34,767 bases of DNA from a bacterium (GCA_021108295.1 JAIORF010000102.1:73260-108026), one strand, 5' to 3'. Numbered from the stretch's first letter, positions 18,292-27,957 are shown. Made by a program: numbers and translations. The notes: generated by a model not told the origin, from the sequence alone.

Positions 18292-18645
18292 ATGGCTAAG
18301 AAGAACGAGAACCAAAAGGTATATGAATTAATGATTATACTTAAACCTCTGCTACCAGATGAGGTAAGAAAAGAACTACACAAGGAGATTATTGGTCTTG
18401 TAGAATCTAAAAAGGGCAAGATCTTGGATATAGATGTATGGGGTAAAAGATATCTTACTTACAAAATATTAGGACACAATGAAGGATATTACATCATTTA
18501 CAACTATGAAATTGAACCAAAGCATATTGGAGAGATAAATAGACAATTGAAATTGAAACAAGAAATACTTAGAAGTCTAATAACAGAGGTTACACATCCT
18601 GAGGATATAGGAACAGGAATTAAGAAAAAAGAGATAAGTATCTAG
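18292..18645 (+). CDS. rpsF: 30S ribosomal protein S6
   Basis: YELMIILKP, WGKRYLTYKI, EGYY and ILR; rpsF-ssb-rpsR order; extended -10 TGCTAAAAT and AAGGA upstream. Confidence 0.96.
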   Translation: MAKKNENQKVYELMIILKPLLPDEVRKELHKEIIGLVESKKGKILDIDVWGKRYLTYKILGHNEGYYIIYNYEIEPKHIGEINRQLKLKQEILRSLITEVTHPEDIGTGIKKKEISI

Positions 18646-18677
18646 TTCATCGAAAGTTCATAATTGTATTGTATGAT
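18643..18677 (+). promoter_or_regulatory. Direct-repeat box (AGTTCAT-N4-AGTTCAT) plus -10-like TATGAT, copy 2
   Basis: 18643-18667 is 24/25 identical to 7232-7256; TATGAT at 18672-18677 has the same offset as in copy 1. Confidence 0.65.
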
Positions 18678-18708
18678 TAGATATAGTTAAATTAAATAAA
18701 TAATATAT

Positions 18709-19176
18709 ATGGCAGCAAGATCTTTAAATAAAGTTCAGCTAATAGGGAATCTCACAAGAGATCCAGAATTACGATATACAAACTCTGGTGCAGCTGTAGC
18801 AACCTTTGGGATGGCTACCAATAAGTCTTGGAAAGATGATAAAGGAGAGTTAAAGGAATTAGCAGAGTTCCACAATATAGTAGCATGGAGTAAGATGGCA
18901 GAAATATGTCAGCAACTTCTAGCTAAAGGTATGAAGGTATACATCGAAGGATCCCTCAATACAAGGAATTGGGAAGCTGACGACGGAAGTAAGAGGTATA
19001 AGACAGAGGTAAGAGTAAACGATATGATTCTGTTGGATAATAAAGGGAAACAGGGAGTTGGTTTCACTGAACAGCCTACAGATGATAAGAAGGAAGAAGT
19101 AAAGAAAGACTCCGAGCCTGTTAAAGATACCCCCTCTAAGGATGAAGATCCACTAGAAGAGGATTTACCATTTTAA
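18709..19176 (+). CDS. ssb: Single-stranded DNA-binding protein
   Basis: LNKVQLIGNLTRDPELRYT and acidic C-terminal tip EEDLPF. Confidence 0.97.
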   Translation: MAARSLNKVQLIGNLTRDPELRYTNSGAAVATFGMATNKSWKDDKGELKELAEFHNIVAWSKMAEICQQLLAKGMKVYIEGSLNTRNWEADDGSKRYKTEVRVNDMILLDNKGKQGVGFTEQPTDDKKEEVKKDSEPVKDTPSKDEDPLEEDLPF

Positions 19177-19196
19177 TTTAGTAAAGTTAGGAAGTA

Positions 19197-19496
19197 ATGA
19201 GTGAAGAAGTAAAAAACACAACAACAGCGACTACTACAACGACACAAAGTAGTCCTCCAAAGAAGAGAAGGAGAAAGAGAAAGATTATTCAAAATCTGAA
19301 GTGTCCTCTTTGTGAGTCTGGTACTAAGTACCTATCTTACAAAGATGTATACCAATTAAAAAAGTTTACATCTGTAAGAGGTAAGATCATATCTACAGAG
19401 AAATCTGGAGTATGTCACAAACATCAGAGACAGCTTACAAAAGCTATCAAAAGAGCTAGAGTCATGGCATTACTTCCATATGTAGCAAAAGAGTAG
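19197..19496 (+). CDS. rpsR: 30S ribosomal protein S18 (zinc-binding type)
   Basis: CPLC, YKD, RGKI, GVCHKHQRQL..AIKRAR..ALLPY; Thr-rich and basic N-terminal extension. Confidence 0.96.
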   Translation: MSEEVKNTTTATTTTTQSSPPKKRRRKRKIIQNLKCPLCESGTKYLSYKDVYQLKKFTSVRGKIISTEKSGVCHKHQRQLTKAIKRARVMALLPYVAKE

Positions 19497-19515
19497 TCCT
19501 CTTGGATTAGAATGT

Positions 19516-19543
19516 AAAAGGGAGTTTTAATACTCCCTTTTTT
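19516..19543 (+). terminator. Intrinsic terminator of rpsF-ssb-rpsR
   Basis: AAAAGGGAGT-TTTAAT-ACTCCCTTTT hairpin ending in a T6 tract. Confidence 0.85.
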
Positions 19544-19580
19544 GTTGTAAAAAAACATAGATTTAAGTAAACTAATATAT

Positions 19581-20951
19581 ATGAGTAAACTGTCCTTACT
19601 TAAAAAGAATGCCTACCTTACGATTGTAGTGAAAGATGATGCTATATGGTCGCATTTAGCCTATGTGGATTACAACAACGATGTACAATACATACTCTCT
19701 GATTACACAGACATATCCCATTTCCACAAACGCTTAGACGATCACCTATTCATGGGAACTTTCTGGAGTGAATATTTTAGACTCTTAGAAAAACTCTTTG
19801 GTTGGGAATTAATACAAAATACAGAAGGAGGGTTAAGTAGGATGGTGGATTTTAAAGATGAAAACCATGGAGTAAACGGTATTAAGATATTAGTTGATGA
19901 CAACCAACAATTCCTTACAAACATCTTCCATTCCATATCCCATTACTCCCATGATATAGCGGTGAGAGTAATTGATACACCCAATATGAGAAAACTAATA
20001 GGAAAGCTCTCTGAAAAATTGGGGTATGAAGACATGATATACATAGATCTAGATATCAACTCATTCCAAATATACAGAGTACAAAGAGAGGGAAAGCAAA
20101 CGGATGATACCAAACTACCAAACAAATACAAATATAGTGAGGCACAACAATATTGGAGTAATAGAATAGGGATTATAGACGCAATCAAAGATAGGAGACT
20201 ACACGCATTCATGGCCTCAGATATCAACAATGCACAATTAGAGAACAGCTGGGCTAATCTCATTATGCATCCAGTAGATGTATTACTTGATCAAAACTTA
20301 AAAGATATCTTAAGAAGCTTTACTACTGTACAACTCTTCTCACTACTTTCAGACAATAGAAGAAAGTTGGAAGGAATAGGGAGTGGAGAAACTAAAACCC
20401 TCATAGCCATTGGTGGTAAAATACCAAGACTTCTGGGTAAGAAGGCAACCCTCCTCTCTATCATTGATGGACTTGAACTCTACGGCACCTTTGATGTCAT
20501 CTGGGACAACGAATGTAAAATACAAGCCTATGGGATGAGTACTGCAATGGGGAGTCAATCAAGCGATATTATAATAGGCAGAAACGATGTGATATCTGCA
20601 ATAACGAAAGTATTGATACCAGAACTTAAATCCAAGAAAGCAATCGATAAAGTGATATTCTCTGCAACATACAAATCACAAGACTTTGAGCCAGAAACTG
20701 TCATTGTACTAGGAGATACCTTTGAGATGATTAAGATAAAGAATAAAGTAAACAAAGTTGTCTTCGAAGGTAAGCTGGAAGACAATGTATATCTACCAGC
20801 TCTTGAGGATAGGGCAGTAAACTTCATATCCTCACCACTAGGAGTGAGGTATGAGAATATTCTAATTGATTCTAGACTAAGACCAATTGTATATGGAATG
20901 GATAGCTATAGTAATAAATTAAAGATTAATAAATGGATAAATGATAATTAA
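19581..20951 (+). CDS. Divergent glutamate mutase L (GlmL)-like, actin-fold protein
   Basis: 456 aa; DMIYIDLD, IAIGG, LLSIIDGLELYG..VIWD and IDSRLRP recall GlmL-like proteins (recognised by eye). Confidence 0.55.
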   Translation: MSKLSLLKKNAYLTIVVKDDAIWSHLAYVDYNNDVQYILSDYTDISHFHKRLDDHLFMGTFWSEYFRLLEKLFGWELIQNTEGGLSRMVDFKDENHGVNGIKILVDDNQQFLTNIFHSISHYSHDIAVRVIDTPNMRKLIGKLSEKLGYEDMIYIDLDINSFQIYRVQREGKQTDDTKLPNKYKYSEAQQYWSNRIGIIDAIKDRRLHAFMASDINNAQLENSWANLIMHPVDVLLDQNLKDILRSFTTVQLFSLLSDNRRKLEGIGSGETKTLIAIGGKIPRLLGKKATLLSIIDGLELYGTFDVIWDNECKIQAYGMSTAMGSQSSDIIIGRNDVISAITKVLIPELKSKKAIDKVIFSATYKSQDFEPETVIVLGDTFEMIKIKNKVNKVVFEGKLEDNVYLPALEDRAVNFISSPLGVRYENILIDSRLRPIVYGMDSYSNKLKINKWINDN

Positions 20952-21951
20952 AGCCAAAGTGTTTGAACACTACGACAATTACCAGTTTAATATTCCACTA
21001 ATAGGTGGGGAAAGAATATGTGTTAAAAATAAGCAGAAGATAAAAGTAGGGGATAAACTATTTGCAAAAACAGATAATAATATTAAAGAGTCCTACTATT
21101 TAGTAGATGAACTGGGTTGTAAAACTTCTGAGTGTCTTAAGTACATCACATGTATAGATGGTGTATATGTAGAGAAGGGTGAAATACTTGCACAAAAGGT
21201 TGGGAGGAACAAATTAACTATTAAACAAATTGTTGCAGGGACTTCAGGTATTGTAGAACTAGATAGGATCACTAAAGGGTTTATAGATATATTGGGGGAA
21301 GAAGAGGAGATAGATGTAAAGAGTAACTTTATTGGAGTAGTATCACAAGTACTTCCTGGTAGTGCTATTACAATAAATTCTCCTGCTTCAGCACTAGACT
21401 TGGTAGCTACTACTATTTTTCAACAAAAACTGCTTGGAAATCTCATATTCCTTACAGATGGAGTAGAAGTGCTTACCAAAATACCCGATATTGATGTAAA
21501 GGGTAAGATTGTATGGGCAGGTTCATACCTACCTCTTAATCTAGCCCTCAAGCTCTTTGAAAGGGGTGTTAAGGCAGTACTTACATACTGTATGGAGTAT
21601 GAGGACTTCAAGAATCTAGGACTACCTGTAGGTGTAATAGAGGGGTTTGGAAAGATACATTGTGATGAGCAGTTCTTTAAACAATTTTATAAATTTAATA
21701 ATAAATTTGTAGTAATAGATGGAGAGGAAAGACAAATGTTTGTTGCAAAAGATTCCCAACTTGAGAAATCAGATACACAATACTTTGTGAGAGAGTTGCT
21801 AGGATCAAAGGTTATCTCTAGGCATAGTTCTCATTATGGACATATTGGTACTATAGTTGCAATGCATGATTTAGACTATGTGACTGTGAATTTTGGTTCT
21901 ACTGGAAGAGTAATAGTGGATATTGGATTGTTGGATTTCATAACAATGTAA
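20941..21951 (+). CDS. Hypothetical protein with barrel-sandwich-hybrid (lipoyl-like) repeats and a C-terminal KOW/SH3-like domain
   Basis: IKVGDKLF, VEKGEILA, AGTSGIV and SNFIGVV half-barrel motifs; YGHIGTIV at the C-terminus; 11-bp overlap with the upstream gene. Confidence 0.7.
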   Translation: MIIKAKVFEHYDNYQFNIPLIGGERICVKNKQKIKVGDKLFAKTDNNIKESYYLVDELGCKTSECLKYITCIDGVYVEKGEILAQKVGRNKLTIKQIVAGTSGIVELDRITKGFIDILGEEEEIDVKSNFIGVVSQVLPGSAITINSPASALDLVATTIFQQKLLGNLIFLTDGVEVLTKIPDIDVKGKIVWAGSYLPLNLALKLFERGVKAVLTYCMEYEDFKNLGLPVGVIEGFGKIHCDEQFFKQFYKFNNKFVVIDGEERQMFVAKDSQLEKSDTQYFVRELLGSKVISRHSSHYGHIGTIVAMHDLDYVTVNFGSTGRVIVDIGLLDFITM

Positions 21952-22004
21952 GAATATAATCAAAATGCTATACTCTATTTACTTTACTTTTAACTGTCTA
22001 GAAT

Positions 22005-23216
22005 ATGAATAAGAAAGAGAACAATATGAATATAAGAAGCTTTGGTGTAGTAATACTTGCCGTATGTATGTTGGCAATTGGATACACTGCTGGGAAATTA
22101 ACCAAAGGGGATCCTATGCAGTCTCTCAAAACATTGGTCTCAGATCAGCCAGACCTATCTCTGTTTTGGAGTGTATGGGATACAATGCAATCAGAGTTTG
22201 TAAACCCAGAGGGTATCACTGTAGAAGATATGCAATATGGTGCTATCAAAGGACTTGTAGACGCATATGATGACCCAGCTACTATATTTCTCACACCAGA
22301 AGAGACGGAGCTGTTTAATAGTTCCAACGAAGGGAAATATTTCGAAGGAATAGGGGCTGAACTTGGGTATGAGGATAAGAATATAATCGTAGTATCCCCA
22401 ATTGATGGATCTCCCGCAAAAGCAGCAGGTATTAGACCAGGTGACTATATTCTTGCTGTCGATGGAGAAGAAATTTATAGGGGAGATAATATCTATGGGG
22501 TTGTAAACCTCATTAGAGGAGAAGCTGGTACAGTTGTTACTCTGACAGTCCTTCACAAAGGTGATATGCAAAGTGTAGATATTGAAATTACAAGAGGGGA
22601 GATTACTGTGCCTAGTATGAGTTTCGAGTACAAGGATGATATCGCATATATCGACATCGCAAGATTTACAGACAATTCCTACGTGTCTTGGTTAAAGGCT
22701 TGGGACAAGATAGTGGATGAAATAACGGAGAATGGTACTAAGAAGGTAATAATAGACCTAAGAGGTAACCCAGGTGGGTACTTTGATGCAGCGGTATATG
22801 TAGCTGACGATTTCCTTTCAGGTACGCAGACGATATCTTTTCAAGAGGATGGTAATGGTAAGAAGCATACCTTTAGTTCAACAAAAGGAGGGGATCTTAC
22901 AGAGGTTGAATTGGTAATCTTAGTAGATGCAGGTAGTGCTTCAGCATCAGAGATTCTCTCAGGTGCTTTGAGTCAGAATGATAGAGCCATAGTAGTTGGA
23001 GAGAGTACATATGGTAAGGGTACTGCACAAGCGATTGAGAATTTCACAGATGGTTCGTCTTTGCATATTACTGTTTTTAAATGGTTACTTCCAGATGAGT
23101 CATGGATAAATAGGGAGAACCCAATTGTTCCAGACTTTGAGGTGGAGTTTACTACAGAGGATTTTACTAATGGAGAGGATCCTCAATTGGAGAAAGCTTT
23201 GGAGTTATTAAAATAA
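22005..23216 (+). CDS. ctpA: S41 family C-terminal processing peptidase with PDZ domain
   Basis: FEGIGA, GSPAKAAGIRPGD, DLRGNPGG, SASASE and GKG; start may be at 22026. Confidence 0.93.
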   Translation: MNKKENNMNIRSFGVVILAVCMLAIGYTAGKLTKGDPMQSLKTLVSDQPDLSLFWSVWDTMQSEFVNPEGITVEDMQYGAIKGLVDAYDDPATIFLTPEETELFNSSNEGKYFEGIGAELGYEDKNIIVVSPIDGSPAKAAGIRPGDYILAVDGEEIYRGDNIYGVVNLIRGEAGTVVTLTVLHKGDMQSVDIEITRGEITVPSMSFEYKDDIAYIDIARFTDNSYVSWLKAWDKIVDEITENGTKKVIIDLRGNPGGYFDAAVYVADDFLSGTQTISFQEDGNGKKHTFSSTKGGDLTEVELVILVDAGSASASEILSGALSQNDRAIVVGESTYGKGTAQAIENFTDGSSLHITVFKWLLPDESWINRENPIVPDFEVEFTTEDFTNGEDPQLEKALELLK

Positions 23217-23234
23217 ATTTAGATTTAATATAGT

Positions 23235-24392
23235 ATGGAGAAGAAAAAGAAAAGTGTAGCTAAGCAAAAGAAGGGTGTCTTTAAATGTAAAGATCCTAAA
23301 AAAGCTGGGATAATTGCATTCTTAGTGATGTTTTTAGTTAGTGCAATACTATTTGGGGTAATACTGGCAATGTTGTTCTTCTCTAATCCCTGGAAGGACT
23401 TCTTAGGAGATAATGCAAATTCGGATAGTGATGATGTAAATATTACTGTTACCCAAGAGGAGAATGTCATAATTAATGTAGTGAAAGAGTCTCAAAACTC
23501 AGTAGTGAGTATTGCGGTTAGTAAGCTCTCTTTTTCGCATGAGCAAGGACTGACAGATGAGAGTAATAATATTGGTACAGGTTTTGTAGTAGATAGTAAT
23601 GGGATAATTGTCACCAATCAGCATGTAGTATCTAACCTTGACTCTGATTATAAGGTAATCACACCAAATGGTGATGAATATGATGTTGTAGAGATAGAAA
23701 GAGATGATAGTAATGATATTGCTGTACTCAAAATAGATGCAACGGACCTAGTACCACTTAAGTTTGGGGATTCTAGCACTATAGTTGTGGGTCAGACAGT
23801 AATAGCAATAGGTACACCACTTGGTGAATATATGGGTAGTGTGACCACAGGTATTGTGAGTGGTTTAGATAGGGATGTAACTGCTTCTAGTAGTTGGTTT
23901 GGTAGTATGAAGATATATGAAGATGTAATACAAACAGATGCAGCTGTGAATCCAGGGAACTCTGGTGGTCCATTACTAAATACTGCAGGTGAAGTAATTG
24001 GTATTAATTTTGCTACTACAGCTGGAGCTGATAATATAGCTTTTGCATTACCAATCAATATTGTAGAGAGTAGGGTAGATGAGTATCGGACATATGGTAA
24101 GTTTATAAAGCCATACTTAGGAATTTCTTATCAAATGATATCTACTTACCAAGCACTATACTACGAAGATGTGGTGGCAGGGGCTTTGGTTGTAAGGACA
24201 GATCCGTATGGTCCTGCGTACTCTGTTGGTATAGTGAGAGGGGATATCGTGATAGAGTTTGGTGGAGAGAAAGTCGAGGGATCACTGAGTACAATGATCT
24301 CAGAGCATAAAGTGGGTGAGGAGGTAGAAATAAAACTTTGGAATGATGAAGTAGAAAGAGAGGTTAGTGTAATACTGGAGGAGTTAGAGTAA
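23235..24392 (+). CDS. htrA: HtrA/DegP-family serine protease with one PDZ domain
   Basis: N-terminal TM helix, TNQHVV, DIAVLK, QTDAAVNPGNSGGPL and PYLGI. Confidence 0.94.
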   Translation: MEKKKKSVAKQKKGVFKCKDPKKAGIIAFLVMFLVSAILFGVILAMLFFSNPWKDFLGDNANSDSDDVNITVTQEENVIINVVKESQNSVVSIAVSKLSFSHEQGLTDESNNIGTGFVVDSNGIIVTNQHVVSNLDSDYKVITPNGDEYDVVEIERDDSNDIAVLKIDATDLVPLKFGDSSTIVVGQTVIAIGTPLGEYMGSVTTGIVSGLDRDVTASSSWFGSMKIYEDVIQTDAAVNPGNSGGPLLNTAGEVIGINFATTAGADNIAFALPINIVESRVDEYRTYGKFIKPYLGISYQMISTYQALYYEDVVAGALVVRTDPYGPAYSVGIVRGDIVIEFGGEKVEGSLSTMISEHKVGEEVEIKLWNDEVEREVSVILEELE

Positions 24393-25205
24393 TTATCCTT
24401 TTACAATTATAAATCTCTTCTTATCGTTAATATCTTTAACAATTGCAGTTGTGTATTCTTTAAATATCTCTTGAGTATCTTTTATAATCCCTGTTTCTGT
24501 CTCTAGGATAAGGGTGAAGTTCTTACACTTTCGCTCTTTAATCTGCTTAAACAGTTCCCTGTAATACTTATTACCATCCTTACCACCATCTAGTGCGGAC
24601 TTAGGTTCAAAGTTTTTAACGCTGGGCTCTAACACCTTATATTGTTCAGTAGGTATATATGGGAGGTTGGCTAGTATGAGTACAGACTCTTTCTTTACAT
24701 TAATCCCTTTAATTAGATTGCCCTTGGTGAGGGTAACAACTTTTTTTAATTTATGATTTTTTATATTAGTAGTTGCAATATTAATTGCTTTCTGGCTACT
24801 CTCAGTTGCAAGAAACCGTGTATTAGAAATATCTCCAGAGAAGATAGAGGGGAGTTGTAAACTATTCACTAAACTGACTATTATACAGCTACTTCCCGTA
24901 CCAACATCTATAACGGTATCAAATTTGTTCTTTTTGTATTCCTTTATCGCAAGACTGACGAGCTTTTCTGTCTCAATACGAGGTATCAATACTCCTCGGT
25001 TAATTTTAAAGGTGAGAGTGTAGAAGTCTGTTTGACCGTGAACATATTCCCATGGTTTACCATTTTCTATTTCGTTTAGTATCTTATCAAGCTTCTTTCC
25101 TCCTTTAACGTGAGCAGCTATCTCTTTCGAGATCCTTTGGTAATCAGGGTAGTTAAGTTTCTTAAGGGTTCTTTGTATTCTAAAGAGTTGTTTGAGGTTA
25201 TACAT
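24393..25205 (-). CDS. prmC: Release factor glutamine methyltransferase
   Basis: Start moved to ATG 25205, overlapping the prfA stop; VLIPRIETE, DVGTGS, NLPY (NPPY variant) and EP.SALDGG.DG. Confidence 0.92.
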   Translation of the reverse strand: MYNLKQLFRIQRTLKKLNYPDYQRISKEIAAHVKGGKKLDKILNEIENGKPWEYVHGQTDFYTLTFKINRGVLIPRIETEKLVSLAIKEYKKNKFDTVIDVGTGSSCIIVSLVNSLQLPSIFSGDISNTRFLATESSQKAINIATTNIKNHKLKKVVTLTKGNLIKGINVKKESVLILANLPYIPTEQYKVLEPSVKNFEPKSALDGGKDGNKYYRELFKQIKERKCKNFTLILETETGIIKDTQEIFKEYTTAIVKDINDKKRFIIVKG

Positions 25206-26286
25206 TTTGTGTTTCTTCCAGTATTTTAAGTTGAATACCATCTCTTACTTCGTCCAAGACTTCTTGTATGTCTCCACTCAAAATATTTTCAAGGTTGTGC
25301 CAAGATTTTTTTATCCTATGGTCTGTAACTCGGTTTTGTGGGAAATTGTAAGTTCTAATCTTTTCTGCTCTCATAGCGGTTCCAATCTGAGAGACTCTCA
25401 TATCAGATCTTTGAGCTGCTTGATCAGATTTGTTCTTTTCGTAGAGTCTAGTTCTGAGTAGGTTCATGGCTTTTTCTTTGTTTTGCGCTTGATATTTTGT
25501 TTCTTGGCAACTTACTACAATACCGGTTGGAATATGGGTGATACGTACTGCAGAGTCTGTCTTGTTAACACACTGTCCACCAGCACCAGAGGCTCTCATA
25601 ACTTCTAGGTTGATGTCTTCTTGCCTTATCTCTATATCTATATTCTTGGCTTCGGGTAGTATGGCAACAGATGCTGTAGAGGTGTGTATTCTGCCGGCGG
25701 ATTCAGTTACTGGTACTCTTTGTACTCTGTGTACACCACTTTCGTACTTTAGGGCTTTGTAAGCTCCTTTCCCATTGATTTGTGCAATTACTTCTTTGTA
25801 TCCACCACCTTCCGTTAGATTTTCGTTTACAATGGAGATAGTCCAGTTTTTACTAGTGGCATATGCTTTATACATTCTAAAGAGTTTTGCACCAAAGAGT
25901 GCAGCTTCATCTCCTCCTGCTCCTGCCCTTATTTCAACTATTACAGATTTATCATCGTCTTCGTCTGCAAATTCCCTATCTGTTTGTATTTTCACTATCT
26001 CTTCGGTTAATTTCTTAACTATTTCCTCATTCTTCGCAATTTCAATTTTAGCGAGCTCTACCATGTCGGTGTCTTGCATTAATTCGTTGGCTTGTTTCCA
26101 ATCAGAGAGGGCTTTTTGTACTTGTGTAATCTTTGTTGCTAGAGTGGAGTAGTAGGAGAGTTCTGTGCTTAATTTAGACATGTTTTCTCCTGTAGTATGG
26201 GCATTAGCCATGCTTTTTTCAAGAGACTTCTGTTTATCTAGGGCTGTATTTGTCTTGTATTTTTCTTCGTATGTTTGAAGATCCAT
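25198..26286 (-). CDS. prfA: Peptide chain release factor 1
   Basis: EIRAGAGGDEA, ESGVHRVQRVPVTE (PxT), GAGGQ and IRTYNFPQNRVTDHRI. Confidence 0.97.
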   Translation of the reverse strand: MDLQTYEEKYKTNTALDKQKSLEKSMANAHTTGENMSKLSTELSYYSTLATKITQVQKALSDWKQANELMQDTDMVELAKIEIAKNEEIVKKLTEEIVKIQTDREFADEDDDKSVIVEIRAGAGGDEAALFGAKLFRMYKAYATSKNWTISIVNENLTEGGGYKEVIAQINGKGAYKALKYESGVHRVQRVPVTESAGRIHTSTASVAILPEAKNIDIEIRQEDINLEVMRASGAGGQCVNKTDSAVRITHIPTGIVVSCQETKYQAQNKEKAMNLLRTRLYEKNKSDQAAQRSDMRVSQIGTAMRAEKIRTYNFPQNRVTDHRIKKSWHNLENILSGDIQEVLDEVRDGIQLKILEETQNV

Positions 26287-26324
26287 GTTTGGATGATATC
26301 ATTTTAGAAATGTTTTGTGAATCG

Positions 26325-26657
26325 TTACTTAGAGATGTCTGCGTTTGCTAGCATATCTTTGAGTGTTAGTGTTGAGGATGGTTGTGTAATGCCTTCTTTC
26401 TTAGATTTTCTGGCTTCCATCTTAGCTTTCTTGGATCTAAAGGACATTGTTTTAGCTTTTTTCATCTTTTCTTCATATTTCTGAACAAGGTTGTCTGCGT
26501 CTACGATTTTTTGTTCACCTGTGTAGAAGGGGTGGCATTTAGAGCATAGCTCAACATTTATTTCTTCTGAGTCAAGGGTAGATCCTACTTGGAATGTGTT
26601 TCCGCATGAGCATGTTACTTTTATTGTGTTGTATTTTGGATGGATGTCTTTTTTCAT
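26325..26657 (-). CDS. rpmE: 50S ribosomal protein L31 (zinc-binding type, C-terminally extended)
   Basis: [13 protein letters not shown] and [10 protein letters not shown]; rpmE-prfA-prmC order. Confidence 0.96.
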   Translation of the reverse strand: MKKDIHPKYNTIKVTCSCGNTFQVGSTLDSEEINVELCSKCHPFYTGEQKIVDADNLVQKYEEKMKKAKTMSFRSKKAKMEARKSKKEGITQPSSTLTLKDMLANADISK

Positions 26658-26767
26658 AACGGTTAGGATTATATCAGAAGGTAGGGGAGGTGTCTAGAAT
26701 ATGGGGGATAGTGCTAAAGGAGTTGCAGTAGAGGTGGGGAAAGTGTAGACTCATAGTAATAACTTTA

Positions 26768-27247
26768 GTGGTTGGTGGTATGGAAGAATATGGGGATTGT
26801 CTTGAAAGGGAATTAAGATATGGTGGTACAGATCTTGAATCTCCGCGGCTTCTGTTGGAAGAAAGGTTTCTTTCTCAAATACAAAATGTTGTTGAGTGGG
26901 AGAAGCATCAACCTAGACCTGTGCTTCTAGCAAAGATTTGTATGCGTGATGCAGTGAAGAAGATGACGATACATGCAGAGGAACTGTCAGATTACTATGT
27001 TAGAAATAGGGATATGCAAAACTTAAGTGAAATGATAGGAGTAATAGAGGAGGGACTTTTAAAGTGTACGGGAGTCAACCTTTGGACACTGGTTGAAGGG
27101 ACTATACATTATCAATGTGATAAATACTATGAATTAGAAGGGGAAGAGAGTGCGAAGAGATATTTAGTGTTTTTGATGGAAACTAATCCACGATGGGAGG
27201 AAATCCTTGTAAAGAGGTGGGCTTTCTATAGGAATTTGCTCTCTTAG
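26768..27247 (+). CDS. Hypothetical protein
   Basis: 159-aa ORF filling the gap; start is GTG 26768 or ATG 26780; no recognisable motif. Confidence 0.6.
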   Translation: MVGGMEEYGDCLERELRYGGTDLESPRLLLEERFLSQIQNVVEWEKHQPRPVLLAKICMRDAVKKMTIHAEELSDYYVRNRDMQNLSEMIGVIEEGLLKCTGVNLWTLVEGTIHYQCDKYYELEGEESAKRYLVFLMETNPRWEEILVKRWAFYRNLLS

Positions 27248-27295
27248 GTAAAAAACTATAAAATTGAAGACTAATAATCTTACTATCCAAGACAT

Positions 27296-27943
27296 ATGAA
27301 AATCAAAAAACACAGTTGGACAACCTTTCTAATCACAGGAGACAACACCTCCCTACTCACTGATCCACAAGAAGTGAATAAATCGGGATTAAGCCTCTCT
27401 AAAGTGAAAACAGACGTTGTACTCTTCTCTGAAACTAGGCTAATATTCAAAGACAATATTCTTAAAAGTGAAGGGATAGAGAAAAAGGTGGTGGCTGATA
27501 AAAGGGAAAAGATTATGGAAATATGCAGTCCAGGAGAATTTGAAATAGGGGGATTAATGATAAGGAGAGAGATAGGGAGTAATATATATATCATTGATGA
27601 ACAAAACCTTCGTATAGTCTACCTAGGAGTCCTAGATCAGGAATTTAATGTAGACTCTACAAAAGATTTGGGAGATGTAGACGTACTAATTGTACCAATA
27701 GGAGATGGGAACCAATTTATATGCTACGATAAGCTAGAAAAAGTATTCTCTAATATAGATCCTCAAATACTACTACCATGTGGATATAAGGAAAAAGGTG
27801 TTAAATTAGACAAAGAAATAAAGACTAAAGAAGACTTTATCAAACACTTCGGTTTTACCAATATATCCGATGAAAACTATTTAAATATCAAATCAAAGAA
27901 AAGCGAAAGAGAAGGAGTCCCTATGGAAGTAATCTTTCTTTAA
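27296..27943 (+). CDS. MBL-fold (Lactamase_B_3-like) protein lacking metal ligands
   Basis: TDP, SPGEFEIGG, LGDVDVLIVPIG and IDPQILLP scaffold, but no HxHxDH motif. Confidence 0.75.
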   Translation: MKIKKHSWTTFLITGDNTSLLTDPQEVNKSGLSLSKVKTDVVLFSETRLIFKDNILKSEGIEKKVVADKREKIMEICSPGEFEIGGLMIRREIGSNIYIIDEQNLRIVYLGVLDQEFNVDSTKDLGDVDVLIVPIGDGNQFICYDKLEKVFSNIDPQILLPCGYKEKGVKLDKEIKTKEDFIKHFGFTNISDENYLNIKSKKSEREGVPMEVIFL

Positions 27944-27957
27944 ATCTTAAATGTAAT

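Noticed and set aside
7232-18667. The two 25-bp copies read as direct repeats flanking an 11.4-kb mobile element, or as CRISPR repeats
   Set aside because: The interval holds core genes (cca, ychF, rpsF) and no recombinase; there are only two copies, with no spacer array or cas genes.
24393-25205. NLPY instead of NPPY in PrmC as a sign of inactivation or a DNA methyltransferase
   Set aside because: The remaining PrmC motifs and the position after prfA are canonical, and NLPY is a known variant.
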